64,000 nt of DNA from Patescibacteria group bacterium. GTDB taxonomy: Bacteria; Patescibacteriota; Patescibacteriia; Patescibacteriales; WJLG01. The notes under the pieces were generated by a model. That model was not told the DNA's origin and made no database searches. It saw only the letters and a program-made list of their open reading frames with translations. Position 1 is the stretch's first letter; the number at the start of each line of letters is the position of its first letter. The translations under genes were made by a program, and so were the position numbers. Positions 49,876-59,600 of the stretch are shown one piece after another. The stretch lies in assembly GCA_028707065.1 (NCBI GenBank), contig JAQTUZ010000002.1:6513-70512 (forward strand), in the 5' to 3' direction.

Positions 49876-52800
49876 ATGCCAGCTATAACTAATACGGGAA
49901 CAAATACGCTATCTAGCAAGCTAAAAAGTATGCTTCCCGATTGCGATAAAATCGACGCCCTTGTCGGCTATTTTTATTTTTCCGGGTTTAAAGACTTGCA
50001 CAATGAGTTGAGGGATAAACAGATAAGGATTCTTGTTGGCATGGATATTGACAAAAAGATCATTGAAAAGGTTTCAACGCTAAAAGATCTTGATTTGGAT
50101 TCCCATGTCGTTGAAACAAAAAAATCTTCTAGAACGGGAGCAAAAGAGGACTATATTGAAAATTTTTCGAAGATTTTTAATGATACGGACTATTTTGATA
50201 ATGATGAGTCCCAAAAAGCATTTGAAATATTTTTGGATAAAATAAAAGATGGAAGTCTTCAGATTAAAAAAACGGCGGTCGCTAATCACTCGAAATTTTA
50301 TATTCTTCACAACAAGACCGGTGACGGCGTTGTGATTGTTGGATCAAGTAATTTAACTGTCTCCGGCCTTAGAGAGCAGAGAGAGCATAATATTTTGCTT
50401 TCAGAAAAACATTATTATGATAGCCATGTAAAAGATTTTGAAGAGTGCTGGGATGACGAGGATAATATAACAATTACGGATATTGGTTCGTCAGATAATT
50501 TTATTACTGAAATAAAAAGTAGAATCTGGCTTTATTCCTTGCCTGACCCAATTTTGATGTATTACCGCGTTTTAAGTGAGTATTTTGCCGTAAGCGAATC
50601 TGCTGATATGAAAACGCCGATGCGCATTACCGGCGGCAAATTTTTTGACCTCAAGTATCAGAAGGACGCGATCAATCTTGGTATAGATAGAATTAAAAAA
50701 TTTGGCGGCGTTATTATTGCTGATGTCGTCGGTCTTGGTAAAAGTATTATCGCTTCTGCGATTGCGCATAATCTTGGCATGCAAACGATTATCATTGCTC
50801 CGCCTCATCTCGAAAGTCAGTGGAAGGATTATATGGCTGAATTTGATTTCAAGGGCCAGGTTTATACGACCGGCAGAATCGAGGAGGCCCTCGAAAGACA
50901 TAAGGACAATGGAGGGAAGCTTTTGATTATTCTTGACGAAGCCCATAAACATCGTAATGAAGATACTGATAATTATAAGGTGTTGCATAGATTGTGCGCC
51001 GGTAATTTTGTCATGGCTTTGTCGGCGACACCGTTCAATAATGATCCGAAAGATATTTACGCCTTGATAAAATTGTTTAGTACCCCCGGACAATCTACTG
51101 TTCGAACCGTAGAGAATTTGAGCATGTCTTTTCATATGCTTTTCAAGCGATATAAAAAGGTTAGAAAAGATTTGAGAAAAAACAGCGATGGTGATGAAAA
51201 AGATAAATTAGAAGTTAAGACAGAATTGCATTCTATCGCAGATGAGCTCAGAAAAATGATTGAGCCACTTGTTATTCGCCGTTCGCGTTTAGACCTAGAA
51301 GAGATTGAAGACTATCGTGAAGATTTAAAGAGGCAAGGAATTTCCTTTGCCAAGGTGAAAGATCCGGAATTGCTCGAATATAATCTTGGCGACATGCTTA
51401 ATTTGTATATAGACACTCTTGAAAAAATATCACCGGACGATAAAAGTACCAGCTTTATTGGCACACGCTATAAACCGGCAAGCTATATTAGGGAAGGTTC
51501 AGAATTTATAAAGAAATTGGCAGAGAGTGAGGATGATGATGAAAGTGGCGCTTCCCCGGAGGAACAGATGCAAAGAATTAAGCAAGCTCAGGTTAACGTG
51601 GCAAAGTTCATGAGAAGATTGTTGGTTAGGCGCTTTGAAAGCTCGATCGGTGCCTTTAAGATATCCCTTGATCATATGATCACTTCTTCGGAAACAATGC
51701 TGGATTGGTATGTAAACAGACAGCAAGTTCCAATTTTTAAAAAAGGAGCACTCCCTGAAGTCGATGAATTGGAAGAAATGGAAGATAAGGAAAGGGAGGA
51801 GCTATTTTCAAAGCTAGAAGGAAAAGGACTTATACTTATCCCAGCCAAGGAAATTGATTTGAATTTTGAGCGCGATTTAAAAGCCGATATTGAATTGTTG
51901 AAAAAAATTCAAACGGAATGGTCTCAAAATAGCAATGATTATAAATATGAATTTCTTAAACAAAGATTATCAGAATCAATTGCCAAAGATAGGAGTAGGA
52001 AAATAATTATATTTACTGAGTTTTCAGATACGGCTAATTATGTTTACGAAAAATTAAGCAAAGATGGTTTTAAACGCGTGTTTAAATATAGCTCGGCGGA
52101 TTCATCGGACGAAAATAAAAAAATAATTCGGACTAATTTTGATGCCGGCTTAGATTTAGCAAAACAATCCGATGATTTTGATATAATTATCGCGACCGAC
52201 GCGATTTCGGAAGGTTTCAATCTTCATCGCGCCGGGACGATTATTAATTATGATATTCCCTATAATCCGACCAGAGTTATTCAGCGCGTTGGCCGTATAA
52301 ATCGTGTCAATAAAAAAGTTTTTGACGAGCTTTATATCTATAATTTTTTTCCGACAGCCACCGGCGAGCAGGAAACGCAGACAAAAGCAATTTCAACTTT
52401 AAAAATGGACCTTATCCATACTCTTTTGGGTGAGGATACAAAAACTTTAACATCGGACGAAGATTTAAAAAATTATTTTGCTAAACAGTACAAAGAAGAA
52501 AACGCGGAAAATGAAAGTCTGTCATGGGATGCGCCGTATAGGAACACTTGGCTGAAAATTAAGGATGATCAAGCGATAATGCAAAAGATTTCGGAAATTC
52601 CTCATCGTTCAAGAATTGCCAGAAAAGGAAAAGTGGCCGGGGTGGTGGCGTTTGCCAAGAAAAGCGGGAATTATATTTTTGCCTTTGGTGAAACGCCGGA
52701 AACGGTTAGTATTGTGTCGCCGCAAGTGGCATTGCCGCTATTTGACGATACGACTGATTCAGAAAAGGCATTACAAACAAGCGTCAACTTTGACCCCATT

Positions 52801-53148
52801 TATAAAATGGCTAAGGAGCATATTTTTAAAGAAAATACTAAGCCGCCGGTTGAAACCGGAAGGAGACAGGATGCTTTAAACAAAATTAAGATTTTAGCCG
52901 ATAATTACCCCCAGGCGCATGATTTGTGTCTTGATGTGATCAAAATAATTAAAGATCTTGATGGCTTGCCCAATGGATTGCTCAAGGACATTGCCGAAAT
53001 AAAGATTGATAAAAAGGATTTTGATTCTGCGCTTAAAGCACTAAAACAGTTGGTGCCAATTAAATATATTGAAAGTATTTTTAATACGGCGGAGCGGGCT
53101 AACGATACCGGCAAGCTTATTGTTTTATCGGAAGAATTATTTATATGA
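49876..53148 (+). CDS. PLD(HKD)-nuclease-like domain fused to SNF2-family helicase
   Basis: 1090 aa. N-terminal HKD-like motif HSKFYILH..VIVGSSNLT. SF2/SNF2 motifs ADVVGLGKS (I), LLIILDEAHKHRN (II, DEAH), ALSATPFNN (III), ATDAISEGFNLH (V), QRVGRINR (VI). Confidence 0.85.
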   Translation: MPAITNTGTNTLSSKLKSMLPDCDKIDALVGYFYFSGFKDLHNELRDKQIRILVGMDIDKKIIEKVSTLKDLDLDSHVVETKKSSRTGAKEDYIENFSKIFNDTDYFDNDESQKAFEIFLDKIKDGSLQIKKTAVANHSKFYILHNKTGDGVVIVGSSNLTVSGLREQREHNILLSEKHYYDSHVKDFEECWDDEDNITITDIGSSDNFITEIKSRIWLYSLPDPILMYYRVLSEYFAVSESADMKTPMRITGGKFFDLKYQKDAINLGIDRIKKFGGVIIADVVGLGKSIIASAIAHNLGMQTIIIAPPHLESQWKDYMAEFDFKGQVYTTGRIEEALERHKDNGGKLLIILDEAHKHRNEDTDNYKVLHRLCAGNFVMALSATPFNNDPKDIYALIKLFSTPGQSTVRTVENLSMSFHMLFKRYKKVRKDLRKNSDGDEKDKLEVKTELHSIADELRKMIEPLVIRRSRLDLEEIEDYREDLKRQGISFAKVKDPELLEYNLGDMLNLYIDTLEKISPDDKSTSFIGTRYKPASYIREGSEFIKKLAESEDDDESGASPEEQMQRIKQAQVNVAKFMRRLLVRRFESSIGAFKISLDHMITSSETMLDWYVNRQQVPIFKKGALPEVDELEEMEDKEREELFSKLEGKGLILIPAKEIDLNFERDLKADIELLKKIQTEWSQNSNDYKYEFLKQRLSESIAKDRSRKIIIFTEFSDTANYVYEKLSKDGFKRVFKYSSADSSDENKKIIRTNFDAGLDLAKQSDDFDIIIATDAISEGFNLHRAGTIINYDIPYNPTRVIQRVGRINRVNKKVFDELYIYNFFPTATGEQETQTKAISTLKMDLIHTLLGEDTKTLTSDEDLKNYFAKQYKEENAENESLSWDAPYRNTWLKIKDDQAIMQKISEIPHRSRIARKGKVAGVVAFAKKSGNYIFAFGETPETVSIVSPQVALPLFDDTTDSEKALQTSVNFDPIYKMAKEHIFKENTKPPVETGRRQDALNKIKILADNYPQAHDLCLDVIKIIKDLDGLPNGLLKDIAEIKIDKKDFDSALKALKQLVPIKYIESIFNTAERANDTGKLIVLSEELFI

Positions 53149-56100
53149 TTAAATTTAATGAGAAATATGATTCAGGCAATTTTTTGCAATTTCTGCAGGA
53201 TTTTTTGCCTTCTGATTTTGTAGAAAAAGAAGAAGATGTAGTTATAAACAAAGATAGGTATAAAGAAATAACCAAGGCTAAGATATTGGGCTATTGTGAA
53301 TCTCTTGATCTTTACATCTTAGAAATGGAGCACTCTAGAGAAAAAGATCCTAGGGTGACTATTGCCACTGATGCATTCAAAATTTTAGCTGATCACTGGA
53401 TCCATAAGGCGTTGGTTATTTTTGAAAATAAGGACTCTGATAATTATAGATTTTCCTATCTCACAATCTCTTTAGATTTGAATGAAAAAAATAAGGCGGT
53501 AAAAAAATATTCAAACGCTCGCCGGTATTCTTTTTATTTGGGGGTTAATGCGAAAGTTAGAACGCCAGAGCAGCAACTCATTAAGAAGGGGAGACTTCAG
53601 AACATAGAAGATTTGTTTAACAGATTTTCCGTCGAGGTGGTAAATAAACAATTTTATTTAGAGGTTGCAAGATTTTTTGATGAATTAGTTTCTGGATTAT
53701 CACTTCCCAGTGTTTCCCAGGAGAATATAAATATCAAAAAGACTTTTGCTGTCAGATTGATCGGCCGGCTTATGTTTTGCTGGTTTTTGAAGCAGAAAAA
53801 ATCAGCATCCGGTCAGCTTATACCTGATGAAATACTTTCTTCTAAAGTCGTATCGAATAATTATTATCACGGGATTATTGAGCCGCTTTTCTTTGAGGTG
53901 CTAAATACCAGCATTGAAACCCGTGGAATAAGAAATGATTTATTTGATAAAGTTCCATATTTAAATGGCGGTTTATTTAATCCCCAGTCAGAAGATTATT
54001 ACGAATTAGACAGGGGAACGTTCACCTCGAAATTTATCAACACTCTAAAGATAAGTGATGATTGGTTTAAGAATTTTTTTGAGCTTCTTGAAACGTATAA
54101 TTTTACTATTGATGAAAATACTGTTTTTGATCAAGAGCTTTCGGTTGACCCGGAAATGCTCGGGAGAATTTTTGAAAATTTGCTCGCTGAAATTGATCAT
54201 AAAGAAGGCAGTAGCGAACAAAAAAGAACAGGGAGCTTCTATACCCCACGTCAAATAGTGGAATACATGGTAGATCAATCGCTCATTGAATATTTAAAAA
54301 CAAAGACTGGCATAGAATCGGAAAAGCTCTCAGCTCTTTTAAGTTATGATTTAAATGACGACGAAGATTATCCGCTTAATGATATTGAAAAGCAAGAAAT
54401 TGTTGAAGCTATTGGTTCTTTGAAAATTTTAGATCCGGCGTGTGGGTCAGGCGCTTATCCCATTGGTGCACTTCAAAAAATTGTTTACGCCCTACAATTA
54501 GTTGATCCGGATTGTAAATTGTGGCTTGATTTAAAATTAAAAGGCGTCCCAGATTTATATAAGCAAAAAATAATCAATGAGGTGCAAGAAAACCCTTTTG
54601 ATTATGTCCGCAAGCTTGATGTTATAAAATATTCAATCTTCGGAGTTGATATTCAGCCAATAGCCGTAGACGTATCGCGCTTGCGTTGTTTTTTAACCCT
54701 TGTTGTTGAATCTGAAATTGACGACGCTAAATCAAATAGGGGAATTGAGCCGTTGCCTAACCTGGATTTTAAATTTGTCTGCGCCAACACTTTGATTGGT
54801 TTGCCGAAGGTTGAAAAGACCGGACTTTTTGATGATCATTCCGGGATCGCCGAGCTTTCAAACATAATGTCAGAATATTTTTCTTGCAATAGTCAAGGTA
54901 AAAATGAAATAAAATTAAAGTTTGCCAATTCACAAAAGATGATTCTGGAAAAAACAATATCGGCTTTTAGGGGAAGCACGGGGGATTTGACTTTAAAACT
55001 AGTTAGCTGGAACCCTTTTAGTAATAATTGCAATCCTTGGTTTGATCCGGAGTGGATGTTCGGAACTGAGGAAAAATTTGACATCGTGATTGGTAATCCG
55101 CCCTATATCAAAGAATACACTAACAGAGGCGCATTTGATGGGGTAAGAGAAAGTGATTATTATCAGGGCAAGATGGATATTTGGTACATGTTTGCCTGTA
55201 TGGGGTTTGATTTTTTGAAGGAAAATGGCGTTGAGTGTTTTATAGCTCAAAATAACTGGGTAACAAGTAGCGGCGCTTCAAAGATGAGAAATAAAATAAT
55301 AAGAGATAATCAAATAGTAAGTATTCTTGATTTTGGAAATTATAAAATTTTTGAAACGGCTGGGATACAAACAATGGTTATGCTTTTTAAAAAAAGCAGC
55401 TCATTGGATAATTATCAAATTGATTATAGGAGGCTCAAGGGTGAAGACCTTGTTATTGGTGACGCCCTTGATCTTCTGATGAAAAAAACAAACCCCAACG
55501 CTGAGTATCTAACCCCAGAAATCAGCAGAAAGGAGTTGTTTGATAAGAAAATTACATTTAGTGATTCGGTGTCGGACAAAATACTTAAAAAGATTGTCAA
55601 AAATTCAAATTTTAAATTGACCGAAAAAGAAGTTGCAAATGGTATACACCATCATCACGATAGGATAAATAAGGATAGAAAAAATATTCTTAATGGCCGG
55701 TATAAAGTTGGCGATGGAATTTTTGTGCTTAGCAATCAAGAAAAAGATAAAATTTGCTTTACTCAAAAAGAATTAGAATTAATAAAGCCATCGTATACTA
55801 CCAAGGAATTGATAAAATGGTACGGAAACCCTCATAATAAGGAATGGGTAATTTACACCGATTCAAGTTTTAGAAATGAGGACAAAATTAATGAATATCC
55901 AAATATAAAAAAACATCTTGATCAATTCAAAGAGGTTATAACTTCGGATAACAAGCCATATGGATTGCATAGATCTAGAGAAGAGTATTTTTTTAAAGGA
56001 GAAAAAATAATTGCAGTTAGAAAATGTCTAACCCCGACATTTACGTATACTGATTTTGATTGTTATGTTTCGGCGACTTTTTATGTAATTAAAACAGAAA

Positions 56101-56405
56101 GATTAAATCAAAAATATTTAACTGGATTGTTAAACTCAAGCTTGATAAAGTTTTGGTTAAGGAATAAAGGCAAGATGCAGGGTAATAATTTCCAGATAGA
56201 TAAAGACCCTATAATGGATTTGCCACTGAGCATCGCTACTAAAGAAAAGCAATATGAAATTTCTAATTTAGTAGATAATATTTTGGCATTAAAAAGGAAT
56301 GACCGTAATGCGGATATCAAAAGTTTTGAATCGCAAATTGATAAACTAGTTTATGAAATTTATGGTTTAACCGAAGACGATATTAAAATTGTCGAAGCCT
56401 CTTAA
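53145..56405 (+). CDS. gamma-class N6-adenine DNA methyltransferase with target-recognition domain (Eco57I/PglX/MmeI-like architecture, no evident nuclease motif)
   Basis: 1086 aa. The start overlaps the helicase stop (ATGA at 53145-53148). RTGSFYTPRQIVEYMV, motif I ILDPACGSGAY, motif IV VIGNPPYI. The C-terminal region resembles Eco57I/TaqI-type specificity domains. Confidence 0.85.
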   Translation: MIKFNEKYDSGNFLQFLQDFLPSDFVEKEEDVVINKDRYKEITKAKILGYCESLDLYILEMEHSREKDPRVTIATDAFKILADHWIHKALVIFENKDSDNYRFSYLTISLDLNEKNKAVKKYSNARRYSFYLGVNAKVRTPEQQLIKKGRLQNIEDLFNRFSVEVVNKQFYLEVARFFDELVSGLSLPSVSQENINIKKTFAVRLIGRLMFCWFLKQKKSASGQLIPDEILSSKVVSNNYYHGIIEPLFFEVLNTSIETRGIRNDLFDKVPYLNGGLFNPQSEDYYELDRGTFTSKFINTLKISDDWFKNFFELLETYNFTIDENTVFDQELSVDPEMLGRIFENLLAEIDHKEGSSEQKRTGSFYTPRQIVEYMVDQSLIEYLKTKTGIESEKLSALLSYDLNDDEDYPLNDIEKQEIVEAIGSLKILDPACGSGAYPIGALQKIVYALQLVDPDCKLWLDLKLKGVPDLYKQKIINEVQENPFDYVRKLDVIKYSIFGVDIQPIAVDVSRLRCFLTLVVESEIDDAKSNRGIEPLPNLDFKFVCANTLIGLPKVEKTGLFDDHSGIAELSNIMSEYFSCNSQGKNEIKLKFANSQKMILEKTISAFRGSTGDLTLKLVSWNPFSNNCNPWFDPEWMFGTEEKFDIVIGNPPYIKEYTNRGAFDGVRESDYYQGKMDIWYMFACMGFDFLKENGVECFIAQNNWVTSSGASKMRNKIIRDNQIVSILDFGNYKIFETAGIQTMVMLFKKSSSLDNYQIDYRRLKGEDLVIGDALDLLMKKTNPNAEYLTPEISRKELFDKKITFSDSVSDKILKKIVKNSNFKLTEKEVANGIHHHHDRINKDRKNILNGRYKVGDGIFVLSNQEKDKICFTQKELELIKPSYTTKELIKWYGNPHNKEWVIYTDSSFRNEDKINEYPNIKKHLDQFKEVITSDNKPYGLHRSREEYFFKGEKIIAVRKCLTPTFTYTDFDCYVSATFYVIKTERLNQKYLTGLLNSSLIKFWLRNKGKMQGNNFQIDKDPIMDLPLSIATKEKQYEISNLVDNILALKRNDRNADIKSFESQIDKLVYEIYGLTEDDIKIVEAS

Positions 56406-56409
56406 AATT

Positions 56410-58749
56410 ATGCCCACCACTTCGCTTTCAATAAAATATCGTCCGGTAAAAATAGGCTTTTTGGTTAGAGATGGAAATATCGAAGATTTAGTTAGGGCCG
56501 CTGAAATCAATACCTTGTTATGGGGAGGTGTGCGCAACCCCATAATTCCAGTTTCAGCATCAAATAAAGATTTTTTTGACCAGCTTGTAAAACTGTTTTC
56601 CGTCGATGTTTTTTTTGCAATTTCCCATACGCCTGAAATTGATAAAATAATTAGTGACAACCAATTCCTTAAAAATCCTAATCATTATGCCGAAAATATA
56701 TTTTATGAGGATTGGGATACTAAAAAGAATGCGCTCGGGTATTTAGATTCAATAAACATCGTTAATTATTATTGGGAAAAAGAATTTAAAAATAAATCTA
56801 AAGGTTATAGAAGTAATTGCACTCTAGTTGAGTGGGATGGAAACGATCCTTGTAACGATTTATTTTCAATACTTTTTGGACGCTTTCCAGAATCGTTCAA
56901 TCTAAAAGATGATTTTAAAAACGCTTTTCTTAAAGGGTTGTGTTCAAGGGAGGTTATTATTGCTCAAGGCGGTATTATTGACAAGGTTATTTCTAAAAGT
57001 GTTAACCCGCTTACAGCGACAACACTCGAGTTAAGCGGTTACGGAGGGACATGGCGTGGTAATGGACTTTATGTAGGCTCTGGAAACAACTTTTCAGACT
57101 TAATGTCTTTTTGGAACTTACGCGCATCTGGATTAATGCTTGAATTTTTGCCCAGAGAGCATGTTGATAGATTTGATGAATTTATCAAAGCTTATTTAAA
57201 GAGGCTTGACGATTATCCTAATAGAAATCCAAATATTGAAGATTGGATAACCGTCTATTATGGTGGTGGCCATGAGGTCGTTAAAGAAGTAATCAAAGGT
57301 TTTACAGTAAAGAAACGTTTTGTTCTTTCGCATTGCGATGAGGTTACTTGGAATGGTTTAAATATTAAACCGGCCGATTTTTATTTTAATTGGCAACAAG
57401 TAACAGCAAGTGTAGAAAAAAACTATGATAGATATAATGTTTCTGTGACATTGCCAAACAAAAAATTTCTTGATCCCGATCAGGGTAGACGAGATAGGAA
57501 TATTGATTATCAGAGTTTGGTTGTTTCGATAGATCCGATTGGTGAATTTGGATATCCTGAGCACACACTAAAACCGCCGTTCATTAGAGAATTAAATGAA
57601 TTTTATAGTAGGGAAATCGAATTTGATCCGTGGCGTGTCAGGTCTGAACAAAATGGCATTGGCATATTAATACAGGCTCACGATAATTCACTTTCTCTTT
57701 ACCCAATCGCTCATTATAAATTGATGGAAAAAATTTTCGAGCTCGCTGGGTACAGGGCAGATATGAGTCAGGCTGGGTTACTCGCTAAACAGATTGTACG
57801 CGGAATGAGGGAGGATAACCCCCTTGAAGCTTGTCGAGTATTTAAGATAACAGGCGCACGAAAACTCATTAGTTCACTGAAAGCCGATGAAGATGTTGAA
57901 TGGAAAAAAGCAATTAAAACAATAGGAGAAAATAGTTTTGATAAATTCAAAAAATTATATATCGAATCAAGAGAGACACCAGAGCTGACCCCAATTGATG
58001 TTTTCAGTTTTTTGCTAAAGAAAAAAGTTTTTTCCCCAAAAATTAGAATCCGATACAAGATGCTTAGATCAAAATGGAAATTTAAATGTATAAATTGTGG
58101 ACTGGAGGAAAAAATTTTAGTTAAAGATTTTGAGAGTTTTTGGGATTGCCCTTATTGTGGGTACAAACATTATATGCCTTCTTACATAGCAGAATCTTTC
58201 AAACGCAACCAGAATATTTATTGGAATTTTAAGAAAAGCGGTTTGTTTGCAAAAGACAATAATCAGGAAGGAGCTGTTCCGGTAATTGTTAGCTTACTTA
58301 CTTTTGCCAGAATTTTTAATAATAATAAATTAATTTATTCCACATCGTTAAATTTACAAAATTCTAAAAAATGCGAGATTGATTTTTGCGTTCTGCAACA
58401 TGATCGTGGCGATAAGATCCAACTTGGAATCGCGGAATGTAAAAGCGAGGGGCAGGAAGTTAACCAACAAGATGTTAATAATTTAAAGCGTGTTCAAGAC
58501 GATATCAATAAAGTTGGGATTGACTGCTACATTATTTTTTCTAAAACCGCAGACAATTATGAGGCGTCTGAGATAGAGCTTTTTAGGACATTAAAAAATG
58601 AAGGTCGAAAATTTGTAATTTTGAGTAACAAAGAACTCGAACCATATCATCCGTATTGGGAAATGGAAAAAACCGACAAGTTGCCGGAAAAATACGCCCT
58701 AGATTTAATGGGCATGTATAGAAATTCATTATTTTTATACCTCAATTAA
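56410..58749 (+). CDS. uncharacterised large protein ending in Zn-ribbon + PD-(D/E)xK nuclease-like domain
   Basis: ATG 56410 is 4 nt after the MTase stop; the ORF track uses TTG 56389, overlapping by 17 nt. The first 560 aa or so carry no motif I can name. Then CINCG-x16-CPYCG (CxxC..CxxC), then ..KCEIDFCVL..-x-..LGIAECKSEG (D-x17-ExK). Confidence 0.75.
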   Translation: MPTTSLSIKYRPVKIGFLVRDGNIEDLVRAAEINTLLWGGVRNPIIPVSASNKDFFDQLVKLFSVDVFFAISHTPEIDKIISDNQFLKNPNHYAENIFYEDWDTKKNALGYLDSINIVNYYWEKEFKNKSKGYRSNCTLVEWDGNDPCNDLFSILFGRFPESFNLKDDFKNAFLKGLCSREVIIAQGGIIDKVISKSVNPLTATTLELSGYGGTWRGNGLYVGSGNNFSDLMSFWNLRASGLMLEFLPREHVDRFDEFIKAYLKRLDDYPNRNPNIEDWITVYYGGGHEVVKEVIKGFTVKKRFVLSHCDEVTWNGLNIKPADFYFNWQQVTASVEKNYDRYNVSVTLPNKKFLDPDQGRRDRNIDYQSLVVSIDPIGEFGYPEHTLKPPFIRELNEFYSREIEFDPWRVRSEQNGIGILIQAHDNSLSLYPIAHYKLMEKIFELAGYRADMSQAGLLAKQIVRGMREDNPLEACRVFKITGARKLISSLKADEDVEWKKAIKTIGENSFDKFKKLYIESRETPELTPIDVFSFLLKKKVFSPKIRIRYKMLRSKWKFKCINCGLEEKILVKDFESFWDCPYCGYKHYMPSYIAESFKRNQNIYWNFKKSGLFAKDNNQEGAVPVIVSLLTFARIFNNNKLIYSTSLNLQNSKKCEIDFCVLQHDRGDKIQLGIAECKSEGQEVNQQDVNNLKRVQDDINKVGIDCYIIFSKTADNYEASEIELFRTLKNEGRKFVILSNKELEPYHPYWEMEKTDKLPEKYALDLMGMYRNSLFLYLN

Positions 58750-58855
58750 TCTCGTAGTTATTGGGTCAATTTTAAATAGGTAATGAATTTAACAATTAAA
58801 ACAGCCCTTGATCTTCATACGTGGAGTGGGATACGGTCAAGAGGGGGTTGATAAT

Positions 58856-59554
58856 ATGAGTTTAATAGAATTTATAAAAGAATATCAGACTTTAATCGGT
58901 TCTCTTGTCGGTTCGTTTTTTGCTATAATATCATCTATCGGATTGTGGTGCCTAAAAACATATGTTGAAAAAAAGCGTCAGATAAAGGGGGATAAAAAAG
59001 AAGTAGAGAATATTTTTCTCAGGGCTTCCAGGGAGTGTCAAGATTCAATCGGCAATCTTAAAAATTTTGTAAATAAGTCGGGGGAGATATTAAAAAATAG
59101 GACAGCAGAATTAAATGTAATTTTTCCGGCGAAATTTAATAAAATATATATTAATGAAGAAAGACTGTTTGTTTTAAGTAAGAATTTTCATTATATTATT
59201 TCACAACAAATTGACATAGCTGTTTCTGCGGCTAAAAAATTTAATTCTTGGCTGGAGATGTACGAGGAATTCCCTGAAATTTTTTATAATCATAACATCG
59301 AAGATCTGAAGGTGAATATTAAGTCAAAAGACGAGATGATAAAAAGTTTTCAAGAAGATCAAAGACAATATATTTTAGGAATAGAAGATTGTTTGAAGAA
59401 TAAAGTTAAAACAATTCAAATTCAGTTGTTAAGACCTGCGGTTGCACTGCAAAAAAAAGATAATGAACTGGAGGGGATGGCGCTATCTGGTAATTTGGAT
59501 AAAATTCTAGATCATGAAGCAAGATTTAATTTAGAGTCGAATGATGCGATTTAA
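58856..59554 (+). CDS. hypothetical membrane-anchored coiled-coil protein
   Basis: ORF track start TTG 58808; I prefer ATG 58856, 8 nt after gaggggg. One N-terminal TM (LIGSLVGSFFAIISSIGLWCL); the rest is helical and charged. Confidence 0.55.
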   Translation: MSLIEFIKEYQTLIGSLVGSFFAIISSIGLWCLKTYVEKKRQIKGDKKEVENIFLRASRECQDSIGNLKNFVNKSGEILKNRTAELNVIFPAKFNKIYINEERLFVLSKNFHYIISQQIDIAVSAAKKFNSWLEMYEEFPEIFYNHNIEDLKVNIKSKDEMIKSFQEDQRQYILGIEDCLKNKVKTIQIQLLRPAVALQKKDNELEGMALSGNLDKILDHEARFNLESNDAI

Positions 59555-59600
59555 TTTCGGTTTGCATTTTTGGCGTTATTTAAATTAGCAATTTGTAAAA

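Noticed and set aside
53145-53600. N-terminal PD-ExK nuclease domain in the methyltransferase (as in MmeI-type IIL enzymes).
   Set aside because: The best candidate (..SLDLYILEMEH..) lacks the ExK lysine. I could not support a nuclease call by eye, so the protein is described as MTase + TRD only.
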